From an uncultured Acidobacteriaceae bacterium (GTDB taxonomy: Bacteria; Acidobacteriota; Terriglobia; Terriglobales; Acidobacteriaceae): 64,000 nt of DNA. The DNA lies in contig CAWBHM010000022.1 in the NCBI GenBank assembly GCA_963788555.1, positions 54,993 through 118,992 of the forward strand. Direction: 5' to 3'. Below the pieces are notes generated by a model that saw only the letters and a program-made list of their open reading frames with translations, did no database searches and was not told the origin of the DNA. Position numbers and translations under genes: made by a program. Of this stretch, positions 23,124 through 33,635 are shown piece by piece; position 1 is the first letter of the stretch; each line of letters begins with the position of its first letter.

Positions 23124-24152
23124 CTAGGGCGCCGTGCCCAGCTCAGTCTGGAAAGACAAACGCAACGCCGCCAGCATCTTTTTGCATTTCGAGCCGAGCC
23201 AGTTTTTCTCGAATCGGGAAAGCAACTGACGGTTGGTTACGATCCTACTACGTTGAATCTGTTTCCGCTTTCGCAAAACCGCAGGGAGTTGGCGCAGGGC
23301 GTCGAGTTTAGCTTTCAGAAAGACATCCCCAGAACCAACCTTGAACGAGTAGGCAGTAGCACCTAGCTCATAGATGATTCGCATGGGCAACCGACTCAGC
23401 ATCAGGGCTGTCGGCATGTTCTTGAAGTACACGAACTCACTGTTTCGCTGCGAAAAAAACGCTTGGCGCGCCGGAAATTTCGCCATTGCGCCTCGATAAT
23501 GGTGATATACGATTGCTTCCGGAATCATCCAGCACTCATATCCCCTGAGTTGGGCGCGAAAACTCAGGTCCACGTCTTCGGAGGTCATGAAAAAATCATT
23601 GTCCAGGAAGCTGACATCCTCGAGCATGGAGCGGCGGTAGGCAGCCGCCCCTGCGCAAGCTCCGAAAACTTGTCTCTGCTTTGACCAAGCGGGGGAGTCG
23701 AGTTCACCACGGCCCAGGTCGATAGCAAAGCCGATTGTCGACATCGCGAAGCCGCAGTTCTCGATTCGGCCTCGGTCACCGAACATCATCATCTTGCTGG
23801 CTAGCGTGCCAGCTTGTGGATGTGCGCGACTAGCCTTGTGAAAAGCTTCAAGCCATTGAGGGTGCGCCTCGGTGTCATTGTTCAACAGAACAATCAGGCC
23901 TTCAGGAGAACCCTTCCGAACGGCTTCCCAGCCCGCGATGTTTCCGCCGGTGAAACCTCGGTTTTCTCCCAGTTCGATCAGTCGGACCTCAGGGAACTGT
24001 GTGCGCACATACTCCGTCGAACCGTCTGTCGAACCGTTGTCCACCAGGATCGTCTCAAAGTCCCGAAACGTTTGCCGCCGCAAGGCCGTAAGACACGTCT
24101 CTAGAAAATGTTTCCCGTTCCAGTTCAGAACGATTACGCTCATCTCAGGCAT
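23124..24152 (-). CDS. family 2 glycosyltransferase (intact)
   Basis: MPEMSVIVLNWNGKHFLETCLTALRRQTFRDFETILVDNGSTDGSTEY...LLNNDTEA...SEDVDLSFRAQLRGYEC. The start was chosen at an internal Met of ORF 23124..24338. Confidence 0.85.
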   Translation of the reverse strand: MPEMSVIVLNWNGKHFLETCLTALRRQTFRDFETILVDNGSTDGSTEYVRTQFPEVRLIELGENRGFTGGNIAGWEAVRKGSPEGLIVLLNNDTEAHPQWLEAFHKASRAHPQAGTLASKMMMFGDRGRIENCGFAMSTIGFAIDLGRGELDSPAWSKQRQVFGACAGAAAYRRSMLEDVSFLDNDFFMTSEDVDLSFRAQLRGYECWMIPEAIVYHHYRGAMAKFPARQAFFSQRNSEFVYFKNMPTALMLSRLPMRIIYELGATAYSFKVGSGDVFLKAKLDALRQLPAVLRKRKQIQRSRIVTNRQLLSRFEKNWLGSKCKKMLAALRLSFQTELGTAP

Positions 24153-24401
24153 AAGATTCCGCTCGGTACTCTTCTCTTTTGCATTTGTTTGTATCACGAA
24201 AATGTTGCCTGGCTTCGCGCCGCAAGCAACCCACGCTCGAAAAGAGCCTGATGCTTCAACTAGCAAACCACCTTTGGGTGCAGGGTCTTCCTCTAAATAT
24301 GAGTCTTTGTTTGCTTTTTGATAATGACGATATGGCACTCACACATTTAGTTCAAAGTCTTCGTATCCGGTCACGCAAGAACCCTTAGACAGGGCGCAGG
24401 G

Positions 24402-25595
24402 TCATCGTTCTATTACTTCAATGCCCTCGCGCGCGTTCACTGGCAGGATGCAACGTTTTTGGATCACCCCTTGAATACACAGTTCAATGATCGTTGGCAA
24501 CGAAACGAAGAAGTCCCAGAAGAAGATGAAGCTAAACGCGGACAGTACGATCGGTGACATCATAAACTGCCGGCTTATGCGTTCTCGATACCTCAAGAAG
24601 CCCGCAATGAGCCCCATCGAGAAGTTACAGGCCACAATGCCCGCCCAAGAGAAATCCAGGAAGTAGCTCGCCAGGTACGTGTGGACGCCATCGATCAGGT
24701 GTGAATCGGAAAGAGTTGCGGCATGTGGGCTCTCAGGTACCCAAAAACTAGGCAAAACAGGATACAAGAACGAAATATTGGGCTCGTTGAAGTGGGCCCC
24801 CTTAACAATCCAGCACATGTTTGAAATTGGGATAGACATGTACGAGATGGGCCAGAGAATTGCCACGGGCCAAGTGTGAAATTCTTGTTTAATCTCTAAG
24901 AATTCGAAAAATCCCTCTTGAGCCGTTCGGTTCTCGCCCACAACATCCATCGCCACCAGAGCGAGCAGCACAGCGACACACGCGCGAGCATAGATCTTGC
25001 GCTTGCTGGCGGTTGTGCGAATAGAATACAAGACCAATGCTTGTACGACCGCAACCAATATGGGCCCCCTAGCGACATACGCAAGCAATGTTCCCAACGC
25101 GGCACTCCGCCAGAACCAACGCAGAATCCAGGACTCTTCCATGGCGGAATTGACAAAGAGCACCATCGCCAGCGGGAATAGGACCTGCTTGAACCTGCCG
25201 TATTCAGCATAGTCTACCGTCGATACTCCAAAGAAACCCGAGACAGGTGGTGGGCCCACGGTCAGATAGTTGAAAATGACGATTGGAATGATACTGAGAA
25301 ACATGAACCAGTTGATCTTACGAAGGCTCTTGGAATCGATTCTGTAAGCAAGGGACACCGGAGATTCCTTGCGGCCGTAATGCGCAAGGTGAACGGCCCC
25401 GACACCGGCAAATAGCGACAGTACAGAGATGAAGAACAAGATGAAGCCCATCGACCGGTCTGGATACGTGAGTTCGGAAACCTGGATCTCCAGCGCGCCC
25501 AGCATCAGCGCCCAGGCAGCCACAAATAGATATACGGGATCGCAGTAGAAGGGGAGTTCCGACAGAGGGCGAGCCTGGTATGTCGCCGTGTTCAT
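24402..25595 (-). CDS. polytopic membrane protein, O-antigen/EPS repeat-unit polymerase (Wzy)-like
   Basis: An ORF of about 398 aa with around 10 hydrophobic helices and no soluble domain, AT-richer, lying inside a polysaccharide cluster. The assignment rests on context and topology only. Confidence 0.55.
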   Translation of the reverse strand: MNTATYQARPLSELPFYCDPVYLFVAAWALMLGALEIQVSELTYPDRSMGFILFFISVLSLFAGVGAVHLAHYGRKESPVSLAYRIDSKSLRKINWFMFLSIIPIVIFNYLTVGPPPVSGFFGVSTVDYAEYGRFKQVLFPLAMVLFVNSAMEESWILRWFWRSAALGTLLAYVARGPILVAVVQALVLYSIRTTASKRKIYARACVAVLLALVAMDVVGENRTAQEGFFEFLEIKQEFHTWPVAILWPISYMSIPISNMCWIVKGAHFNEPNISFLYPVLPSFWVPESPHAATLSDSHLIDGVHTYLASYFLDFSWAGIVACNFSMGLIAGFLRYRERISRQFMMSPIVLSAFSFIFFWDFFVSLPTIIELCIQGVIQKRCILPVNAREGIEVIER

Positions 25596-25819
25596 ATAGC
25601 TTTGCGCTCCAGTATGAACTCTCCGCCAAATTGAAAATACAACACGCTGAAAGCTGTCCTGCCGGCACAATGCAAAATATAGTTTTGGCAGGCTTATTCA
25701 CACGGGATTGAACGTCAATATACCTTAGATCCCGAGTATAGTCTTCCGGGCCCGCATCACGGAGATTGAGAGCACAGCGAGCCAAGCGAACACCCATCTA
25801 CCGCATTTCCGTCGAGAAA

Positions 25820-27073
25820 TCAGATCAACGCAAACTGCGGCAAGGGTACTATGAACTTCCCTGTCGACGACAGATAGGCATGTTCCCGCGTCTTGAATTC
25901 TTCGATGAAGTGCCACGGCAACACCAGAAAATAATCTGGTTTTGCGGCCCGGGCGTCTGCTTCGGAAATGATCGGAATACGGGTTCCCACCGTCACCATG
26001 CCCCATTTGTCCGGGTTACGCTCGGCTGCTGCCTTGAGCACCGACTTGTCCAACCCAAAATATTGGAGCATAGTATTGCCCTTGGTTGACGCGCCATAGA
26101 CGAAAACCTTTTTTTTTCGCTCGACTTGATCTTTGATGAAATCGCAGACTTGCTTCTTGATTATCTCGACCCGCTCGGCAAACTCGCGATAAGGGGTCGT
26201 ACGGTCCAGCCCCAGTTGCGCTTCACTTTCGCGTAGTTTGGATACACGATCCCCGGCCTGCTTCCGATAATTTTCGTCGCCAAAGGTACTCAAGTCCGCG
26301 CTGCGATTCCGAATGAGGGCACGAATACTCCCGCCGTTTACATCGTTCAGTTGTGCATCCACAATCGAGAATCCATGGAGGTGAAGTAAGTATTCCAAAG
26401 ACTGCAGGGAGTAGTACTCCAAGTGTTCGTGGCAGATATTGCCGAAGTCGTTCTGCTTAAGCATGAGCGGAAGGTAGCTCATTTGGACGATCCACAGCCC
26501 CTCGGGATGCATAATACGTTGAATGTCCGAAACGAATTTGTTCGGGTCCTCCAAGTCGTAAAACATCGCGATCGAGGTGACTACTTTCGGACGCGCCTCA
26601 CGTAGGTCAGGGTCTGCCAAGAAATGGTCCGCGTCAAAGAAGCCGACAAGGACCTTATCTGCTATCTTTCGTGAAATGACCGCGAGGTTTTGGGCCGGGT
26701 CGAACCCGATCTTGTAGAGCGCTGGAACGGTATAGGAACCCAAAAGTGTGCCATCGTTGCAGCCGATGTCCAGAACAGAATCTCCCGACTTGAGGTGGAC
26801 CAGTTTCGCCGCTTCGCCGGAAATGTCAGCCAGGGCCGATCTCATCGTCTGGTTCGTTCCTGAGCGATACCAATAGTTCTCATACATCACATCGCCTGAG
26901 ACGGTGTGCCGCAACTGCAGTAGCCGGCATTGCTCGCAGAGCACAAGCTCCAGTGGCGCCTTTGGTCCGTCCGGCTGCTCCGGCTTCAAGAATGTGGAGA
27001 CGTACTGATCTCCTAGGGAAAGAATAGGGTCGAGTGGGCCGCCGCAGACTCGACAGCTGGTCCATGTCTTCAT
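25820..27073 (-). CDS. SAM-dependent sugar C-methyltransferase (NDP-hexose C-methyltransferase-like, N-terminal Zn-ribbon)
   Basis: Intact 417-aa ORF. N-terminal CRVCGG...CEQCRLLQL zinc ribbon, class I MTase motif VLDIGCNDGTLL, and a C-terminal domain typical of TylCIII-like C-methyltransferases. Confidence 0.8.
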   Translation of the reverse strand: MKTWTSCRVCGGPLDPILSLGDQYVSTFLKPEQPDGPKAPLELVLCEQCRLLQLRHTVSGDVMYENYWYRSGTNQTMRSALADISGEAAKLVHLKSGDSVLDIGCNDGTLLGSYTVPALYKIGFDPAQNLAVISRKIADKVLVGFFDADHFLADPDLREARPKVVTSIAMFYDLEDPNKFVSDIQRIMHPEGLWIVQMSYLPLMLKQNDFGNICHEHLEYYSLQSLEYLLHLHGFSIVDAQLNDVNGGSIRALIRNRSADLSTFGDENYRKQAGDRVSKLRESEAQLGLDRTTPYREFAERVEIIKKQVCDFIKDQVERKKKVFVYGASTKGNTMLQYFGLDKSVLKAAAERNPDKWGMVTVGTRIPIISEADARAAKPDYFLVLPWHFIEEFKTREHAYLSSTGKFIVPLPQFALI

Positions 27074-27127
27074 ATTTTCTATTTCTTATCTCCTCGCAGC
27101 TCTGTCAATTCTCTACTCCGTAGAATA

Positions 27128-28111
27128 TCAAACAGTGTGGATGATACGACCGCCCGAGCCCGCAAGCGCCCGCAGATCTGCATCGACCATCATCGTTACG
27201 AGTTGCTCAAAGTTAACGGTGGGAGTCCACCCCAGGACGCCCTTCGCCTTTGTCGGGTCTCCGACGAGCAAAGTGGTCTCCGGTGAACGGAAGTTTTCGC
27301 GATCCTCGCCTACATAATCCTCATATCTCAGACCGACGTGAGAGAAGGCTAGTTCGCAGAAGTCACGTACCGAATGGGTTTCCCCGGTCGCCACAACGTA
27401 GTCGCCGGGGACGGAGTGCTGCAGCGAGAGCCACATCGCTCGAACATAGTCGCCGGCGAAACCCCAGTCGCGTCTAGTGTTAAGGTCGCCGAGGCGAAGT
27501 TCATTGGCCAATCCCAGCTTAATCATCGCCACGCCGCGAGATATCTTGCGCGTTACGAATTCCTCAGGTCGTCGAGGGCTTTCGTGGTTGTAAAGAATGC
27601 AGGAACAGGCAAATACCCCTCGTTGCTCGCGATATACAGCGGTGATCCAATGGCCGAAGGCTTTGGCAACCCCGTATGGATTGCGGGGATGAACTGGGGT
27701 TCCTTCCATCTGTGGTACTTCTGTTGTGTTGCCAAAGATCTCGCTACTCGATGCTTGGACAAATCGAACGTTGTTGTCGACTCTATGAATAGCGTCGAGT
27801 AGGCGCGCGACGGCGAGCCCGTTTTGTTCTGCGGTGACGATAGGGTCCGACCACAGCTGGCTGCTCGACGCCCTCGCAGCTAGGTTGTACACTTCGGTCG
27901 GCTTGTATTCACGCAGGATGTATTCCATCCATGCATGGTCCGCCGGCGACGTCTCAACGATTTTGATCCTTTCAAGGTCGCAAACCATGTGCCGCCGGTC
28001 GGTGTTTTGATGGGACGTAGTGCCCACCACACGGTAGCCTTTGTTCAACAGGAGTTCGGTGAGGAATGAGCCATCTTGTCCGTTTACCCCAGTCACTAAG
28101 GCAGTTCTCAT
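27128..28111 (-). CDS. GDP-mannose 4,6-dehydratase family protein (second, divergent paralog)
   Basis: [30 protein letters not shown]...SSSEIFG...PYGVAKAFGHW...ILYNHESPRRPEEFVTRKI. The start is an internal Met of ORF 27128..28189, overlapping the stop of the GT4 gene. Confidence 0.8.
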   Translation of the reverse strand: MRTALVTGVNGQDGSFLTELLLNKGYRVVGTTSHQNTDRRHMVCDLERIKIVETSPADHAWMEYILREYKPTEVYNLAARASSSQLWSDPIVTAEQNGLAVARLLDAIHRVDNNVRFVQASSSEIFGNTTEVPQMEGTPVHPRNPYGVAKAFGHWITAVYREQRGVFACSCILYNHESPRRPEEFVTRKISRGVAMIKLGLANELRLGDLNTRRDWGFAGDYVRAMWLSLQHSVPGDYVVATGETHSVRDFCELAFSHVGLRYEDYVGEDRENFRSPETTLLVGDPTKAKGVLGWTPTVNFEQLVTMMVDADLRALAGSGGRIIHTV

Positions 28112-29315
28112 GCTGAGACCGAATTCGCCGTTCTTGAGTCGATCAATCGTTCTAGGATTTGCTCCAGCTTGCCTGCGCTTCTTCTCCACGTGAAGTTGGC
28201 GATCACAAAACGGCGCCCACTTTCGGAAAATTCATCCCATCGCTGGCGGCTCAGTAACGCGATAACATCTTCCGCGAATTCGAGTGGATCGTCAGCTATA
28301 TAGAGGTGTTCACCCGAGACCCCTCCAATCCCATGGTTTCCCGCGGAGGATGTAACTACAGGTGTGCCGCAAGCTAACGCCTCGAGTATCTTGGTCTGCG
28401 TTCCAATTCGGAGCCGTACAGGGCAGACGCTGACCATCGCTTGCCGAAGGTAGGTGCTAGTGTCTGGCACAAACCCAGTGACTCTGATTTGCGGGTTCTT
28501 GCCCCATTTCCTAACCGCCTTCACCGGCTTGTCCCCCACCAGCCACAGCGTAGCGTTCTGCACTCGCCTGCAAATCAGAGGGAATACTTTACTGCAGAAA
28601 TATTCAACGGCATCAACATTCGGCTTATGGAACATATTCCCCGTCATAATAATCATCCCATCGCGGCGCGGAATGTTCCTATCGGGGCAGAAAGTACTTG
28701 TGTCGATTCCGGATGGAACCCAATCCACCGGGGCGTCCTTGACGAAGCCTCCGTAATCACTGCAATCTTGCTCATTTACGAACGTGACGCAGTCAAACCT
28801 TGATATTTGGTTCCTTTCATATCGCGCTCCTCTGGCGATCTTCCCCAGGATAGGGGCTTGGCATACCAGGGACAGAATGGCAGCATCCGTTGCTCCTTCA
28901 GCGCGAGCGGATCTTCAAGATTCCAGATCGTGGGCCCCTTGAACCAATCAGGCCGGAACGGGGCCATCATTGAAGTCTGAAACAGCACGGCATCGTAGCC
29001 CCCATCGACGAGAGAGCGATCAAGAGCACTCTTCATTTCGGTTGATCGTAAGGCTGAAACACGAAGAGGAACAGGATCGGCAATGGCCGTGAGAACATTC
29101 AACAACCTGCGCCATTTTGGCGGGCGCTGCACTAGCTCAATGTGATTGCACCAACGTGAAAGGTCGCCGAACTCTCCAGGAGTCTTTTGGCCCTTAAATG
29201 AGATCAGGTCCACGGTATGTCGCATCCCCAACTCTCGGATCTGGTTCAGCAAGATCATCGAGTTCCCGCTAAGAGGCGGGTAAGGCACAGAGTATGCAAC
29301 AAACAGAAGCTTCAT
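28108..29315 (-). pseudogene. family 4 (GT-B) glycosyltransferase, frame change near 28730-28800
   Basis: The N-terminal half MKLLFVAYSVPYPPLSGNSMILLNQIREL lies in ORF 28776..29672. The C-terminal half, with KILEALACGTPVVTS, lies in ORF 28108..28728. Confidence 0.75.
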
Positions 29316-29359
29316 TTTCCCTCTAACTCCATCACAATGACATGATTGCCGGCCAAGGA

Positions 29360-30862
29360 TCAAGGACTTTGGGGCCTTATGCGAAACAAGGGCTGAGCAA
29401 CGTATCGTTGGATCCCGCCCCGGATAAGAGGCGCGGTCAAGATTGCGACGAACGAACACACAAGCCACAGGCACGCCACAACGGCCAACGTCACCAGGCG
29501 TGACTCGATCTTCGCAACCACAAAGACCAACCTCCCTATTGTTACGGTGACGATGCTTCCCAAGAGAGGCAGGCCAATGTCGCTGAAGTATTTCCAAGTT
29601 TCGCGCGGCAAGAGCCGGCGATGCATAATGGGGACGGCAATAAGCATGTTCAAGACATTCAGTATCGCCCAAACTGACGCAGCTCCGACGAGCCCGAAGT
29701 GCTTGGTCATCGGAAACATGAGCGGGACCAGGATTGCAATTGAGATGACGCCGGCCAAAAACGGCAATCTGGTCCGGCCAAAGGCGAGCTGAAGCATGCA
29801 GGGTATGTATACCAAAGCGTTCATGGCGGAGCCAACGAGGAGCACACTTAGCGCAGGAGCTGAGTTCGCTGCTGTCTCGCCGTTCCCCGTCCAGAGTCGA
29901 AGCGTCTCGAATGAGAACACTGAGAGAACCGCCGCTATGGGCAGCACCAAAACGGCCATGAGTTGCGCGCTCCGATGGTAGGACAGGCTGATCCCATCAA
30001 TGTCTTCCGCTGACACCAGGGCCGAGAGGCGGGGAAATGCGACGCTGAATACGCAACCAGAGATGATCAGAGGGCCGTTGGCCACAGACCAGGCGAGGGC
30101 GTAATAGCCGAATGTCTTTAGAGTAAACAATCTGCTAACCAGCAGTTTGTCAGTCTGGGTCAAAACCAGGGCGACGACGCCGATTCCGGTCATGCCGGCA
30201 GCGAAATGCCAAACACTACGCGCAACGGAGAGATTGAACCGCGCCGCCCGAGTGGATTTCGGCAGACTTCTCCAAAGACAAACCGCCAGCGCTGTGACCA
30301 GCAGTGCGCCAATGCCAACTTGCCACAATAGAAAGGCCTGAATGGTGGGTGAGACGCGGCACAGAATCAATACACTACCCCCATAGGAAAGGGTTACGGC
30401 ACCCACCTTGAGCATGTTCAACAATACTTGTTGCCGCAGCCCCATCAAACCACCCTGGTAGAAACTGACCGGCCACTGAAAAAATGCCAGGATACCCATG
30501 AGCATTACGGCCTGCATGACATTTCGGATCGGCATTGCGCTGGCGCCGATCCAATGGACGGCAAGCCAAGGCGATGCGGCCACGATTCCTGTGCCGATGA
30601 GCAATCCGATTAGCCAGTAGCCAATTTCAAGCGTGCGAACCAGATCACGCGCGTCGTCGGACTTCGCCGGTTGCACGGAATACCGGGCCATCTCACGGTT
30701 CATCGTCGGGCTGAGACCGAGATCCAACGCTTGCAGCATGGCCTGTAACACCAGATAGAAGCCGATCAGTCCGTAAGCCTCAATACCCATGAATTTAATG
30801 TAGAAAGGGATACAGGCGAGTTGCATTAAGACTCGCCCAGCCCGTCCCGACAAAACTCGCAA
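29360..30862 (-). CDS. polysaccharide flippase (Wzx / MOP superfamily)
   Basis: 500-aa ORF with around 12-14 TM helices and Wzx-like N-terminal IPFYIKFMGIEAYGLIG. An upstream ATG near 30914 in another frame (MKISWGSKLLSGYKFELV) suggests the true N-terminus is displaced by one more frame change. Confidence 0.75.
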   Translation of the reverse strand: MRVLSGRAGRVLMQLACIPFYIKFMGIEAYGLIGFYLVLQAMLQALDLGLSPTMNREMARYSVQPAKSDDARDLVRTLEIGYWLIGLLIGTGIVAASPWLAVHWIGASAMPIRNVMQAVMLMGILAFFQWPVSFYQGGLMGLRQQVLLNMLKVGAVTLSYGGSVLILCRVSPTIQAFLLWQVGIGALLVTALAVCLWRSLPKSTRAARFNLSVARSVWHFAAGMTGIGVVALVLTQTDKLLVSRLFTLKTFGYYALAWSVANGPLIISGCVFSVAFPRLSALVSAEDIDGISLSYHRSAQLMAVLVLPIAAVLSVFSFETLRLWTGNGETAANSAPALSVLLVGSAMNALVYIPCMLQLAFGRTRLPFLAGVISIAILVPLMFPMTKHFGLVGAASVWAILNVLNMLIAVPIMHRRLLPRETWKYFSDIGLPLLGSIVTVTIGRLVFVVAKIESRLVTLAVVACLWLVCSFVAILTAPLIRGGIQRYVAQPLFRIRPQSP

Positions 30863-30943
30863 CCAGCTCGAATTTATAGCCCGAAAGTAACTTACTGCCC
30901 CAAGAAATTTTCATTGATGACAAACGCTTCTGAGAGATGCTCT

Positions 30944-31803
30944 TCACGTTCGTCTGACTGCCCTGATAAAGCCTACGACTTCAGCAACCCCGGTTACCGA
31001 GTTGTGGTAGTCAAAAGGTCGGCTGTAGGTAGCGTGGAACCCTGCCTTGCTTAGGCGATCTACTAAAGAAGCGAATCCATGGTGGTACTCAATCATCATT
31101 TTGACTGAAGGCTTGCAGGTCGCTATCGCTAGCTCCAAGAATAAGGTCATATTCACACCCCTCTCCGTTGATTTTCGCTATGGCCTGGCTCAGGCCGTAG
31201 TCTTGCACGAGACTCTTAAGCGAAACGATACGAACGGCATCGCCTGCTTCGCTTGGTACCAGGGTGGAGCTAGGCTCACTCCTTAACTCCGGATTGACTG
31301 TAATCGTACCGTCCTTGCCGCACCCCATGTTTAGAGTCGTGATTTGTTTTTCCAAACCGTTCAGTCAACATTCCTCTTCGCTAGTTGATAAGTATATGGA
31401 TATGGTTCGAAGGAATAAACGTGCCGAGCTCCTCTCATCGCAAAGTAAATTGCACTGTCGCCAACGTTTGCGCCGACATCCAGAACCTGCTTCCCTCCGA
31501 CCTGCAGCCACTTGTATTGCTCGTGCACAAATTGTTCCACGAGCAAGCCGGCAGAGTTGACCACGGACTCGGACTGGAAGCGCAAAACCTTGCCGCGAAA
31601 GGTAAACTCGACTTCCGGATCCTTCGCCGAGACGACGAAACCGTAGGACCGAGGAGTTCCCGGCTCCACGAAACGTCCTTCTGCAAATCAAACCATTCCT
31701 GCATCGATTGAATGGCGACCGTGCCACCCGATCGCCACTTGGCTATCACGCGGTCCTTGAGGCCAAGTCTAAATAAGACCAGCTCCGGCCAGTTGCGAAA
31801 CAT
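30944..31803 (-). pseudogene. FkbM-family methyltransferase, about 3 frame changes
   Basis: The core motif VLDVGANVGDSAIYFAMRGARHVYSFEPYPYTYQLAKRN lies in ORF 31361..31669. The N-terminal piece lies in ORF 31435..31983, and the C-terminal pieces in ORFs 31089..31355 and 30944..31156. Confidence 0.7.
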
Positions 31804-32297
31804 TCGTGGAATAGTTCGCACTTGGGTCAGCCTGTTCGTCACCCGCACCGCAACGTTTGATTGCCTGCCAGGTTCTGGTGTCAAGTGTGTGCAGGCTCTA
31901 AATGTTTTCAGACATATCGCTCCCTGTTTCGCCTCGATTTTCGTAATGCTTGATCGCGCTCCAAAGCTATTCTCACCCGCCAAGTAATCCCCGGAAGGAC
32001 AGCTCTGTACGCCAAAGCCACCAACATCAATCGGACGATCTAACAGTCCGGCCAGATCCGAGGATAGACGCGAGCCGATGGCATCGGACCAACTTCAACT
32101 ACGAGATACAACTCCCTCGACGTGCGGACGGTTGCAGATCGATGCCCAGGAGAAGACCCGCGACCTGACTCGGGGCCCGCTAGGACTGCCACTACTAGGC
32201 CCCCCCGGCACATGCTTGACAGAGCAACCAGAGGTCGTAAGTGTGGAAGTAGGACCTTGAGAATATAAGCCGGCCCGGTACTTCAATTCCCATTGCT

Positions 32298-33323
32298 TCA
32301 TTCCAGAAATGACGTCTGCCGGGCTAATCGTCCTTCGATCTGATCATCGAGCAGCTTAATATCAGCATCGACCATCAATTTTACCAGTTCCTTAAGTCTC
32401 ACCTTAGGCCGCCACCCGAACGCCCGCTCAGCCTTGCTCGAATCACCTTGAAGAATGTCGACCTCGTTGGGGCGAAAATATTTGGGATCGATCTCTACGT
32501 ACTTCTCCCAATCAAGGCCCACGCAGTCAAAAGCTATCTGCGCGAACTCGCGTACCGTGCGAGTTTCACCGGTCGCAACAACAAAATCGCCGGGTTCGTC
32601 GAGTTGCATCATGTGCCACATTGCCTCGACGTATTCGGGAGCGTAGCCCCAATCGCGCTTCGCATCAAGATTTCCCAGATACAGCCGCTGTTGCAAGCCG
32701 GCACGAATCCTTGCTATTGCGCGGGTGATCTTGCGGCTGACAAAAGTCTCTCCTCGCCGCGGCGATTCATGATTGAAGAGGATGCCGTTACATGCAAAGA
32801 GACCGTACCCCTCTCTGTAGTTGGCAGTCGTCCAGTAGGCATAGACCTTGGAACAGCCGTAAGGGCTGCAAGGCCGAAACGGCGTGCTTTCCCGCTGTGG
32901 AGTTTCGATTGCTTTCCCGAACATCTCGCTGCTCGACGCTTGATAGAACTTGGTCTTGATCCCTGTTTCTCGGATGGCCTCTAACAGACGCACCGTGCCG
33001 AGTCCCGTAATATCGCCGGTGTATTCAGGAATCTCGAAGCTCACCAGAACGTGGCTCTGAGCACCCAAGTGATAGATTTCATCGGGCTGAAGACGATAGA
33101 GCAGCCTCACCAGACTGGTTGAGTCGGAAAGATCGGCAAAATGCAAAAATAGCCGTGCGTCGCGCTCGTGCCAGTCCGGAAGAACATCATCAATGCGAGA
33201 AGTATTGAAGCTGCTCGATCGGCGTTTGATGCCATGCACAACGTAACCCTTGTTCAGCAGAAGTTCAGCCAAGTATGAGCCGTCTTGACCTGTAATGCCG
33301 GTGATCAGCGCTATTTTTCCCAT
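32298..33323 (-). CDS. gmd: GDP-mannose 4,6-dehydratase
   Basis: Intact 341-aa [44 protein letters not shown]...[10 protein letters not shown]...[12 protein letters not shown]...[21 protein letters not shown]. Confidence 0.92.
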   Translation of the reverse strand: MGKIALITGITGQDGSYLAELLLNKGYVVHGIKRRSSSFNTSRIDDVLPDWHERDARLFLHFADLSDSTSLVRLLYRLQPDEIYHLGAQSHVLVSFEIPEYTGDITGLGTVRLLEAIRETGIKTKFYQASSSEMFGKAIETPQRESTPFRPCSPYGCSKVYAYWTTANYREGYGLFACNGILFNHESPRRGETFVSRKITRAIARIRAGLQQRLYLGNLDAKRDWGYAPEYVEAMWHMMQLDEPGDFVVATGETRTVREFAQIAFDCVGLDWEKYVEIDPKYFRPNEVDILQGDSSKAERAFGWRPKVRLKELVKLMVDADIKLLDDQIEGRLARQTSFLE

Positions 33324-33635
33324 GAGTACCTGTCGTCCTTGCAGCCCCCGTCTGCGTGTAACGGTGATCGGTTCGTTCGTAGCCCTATTGAAGCACTCGA
33401 CCGAACACTTCCAATGAAGGCAGTGATCAATCGCTCAAAACCCTTAATTTTATATCAGGTGGAGCGACAGACGCCGGAAAGCGATCCCATCAGGTCGTGG
33501 TCCCCAATGCAGTCCGGAATCGCGCTCCCCACCTGTGGTCCGCGGATTGCACAATATCTGCTGGTGCGTCGTCGGTGCCAACCGAGTTGAGTACATGGTC
33601 TGATCTGAATTGCAGCACTAGTTCTCCGAGTGAGC

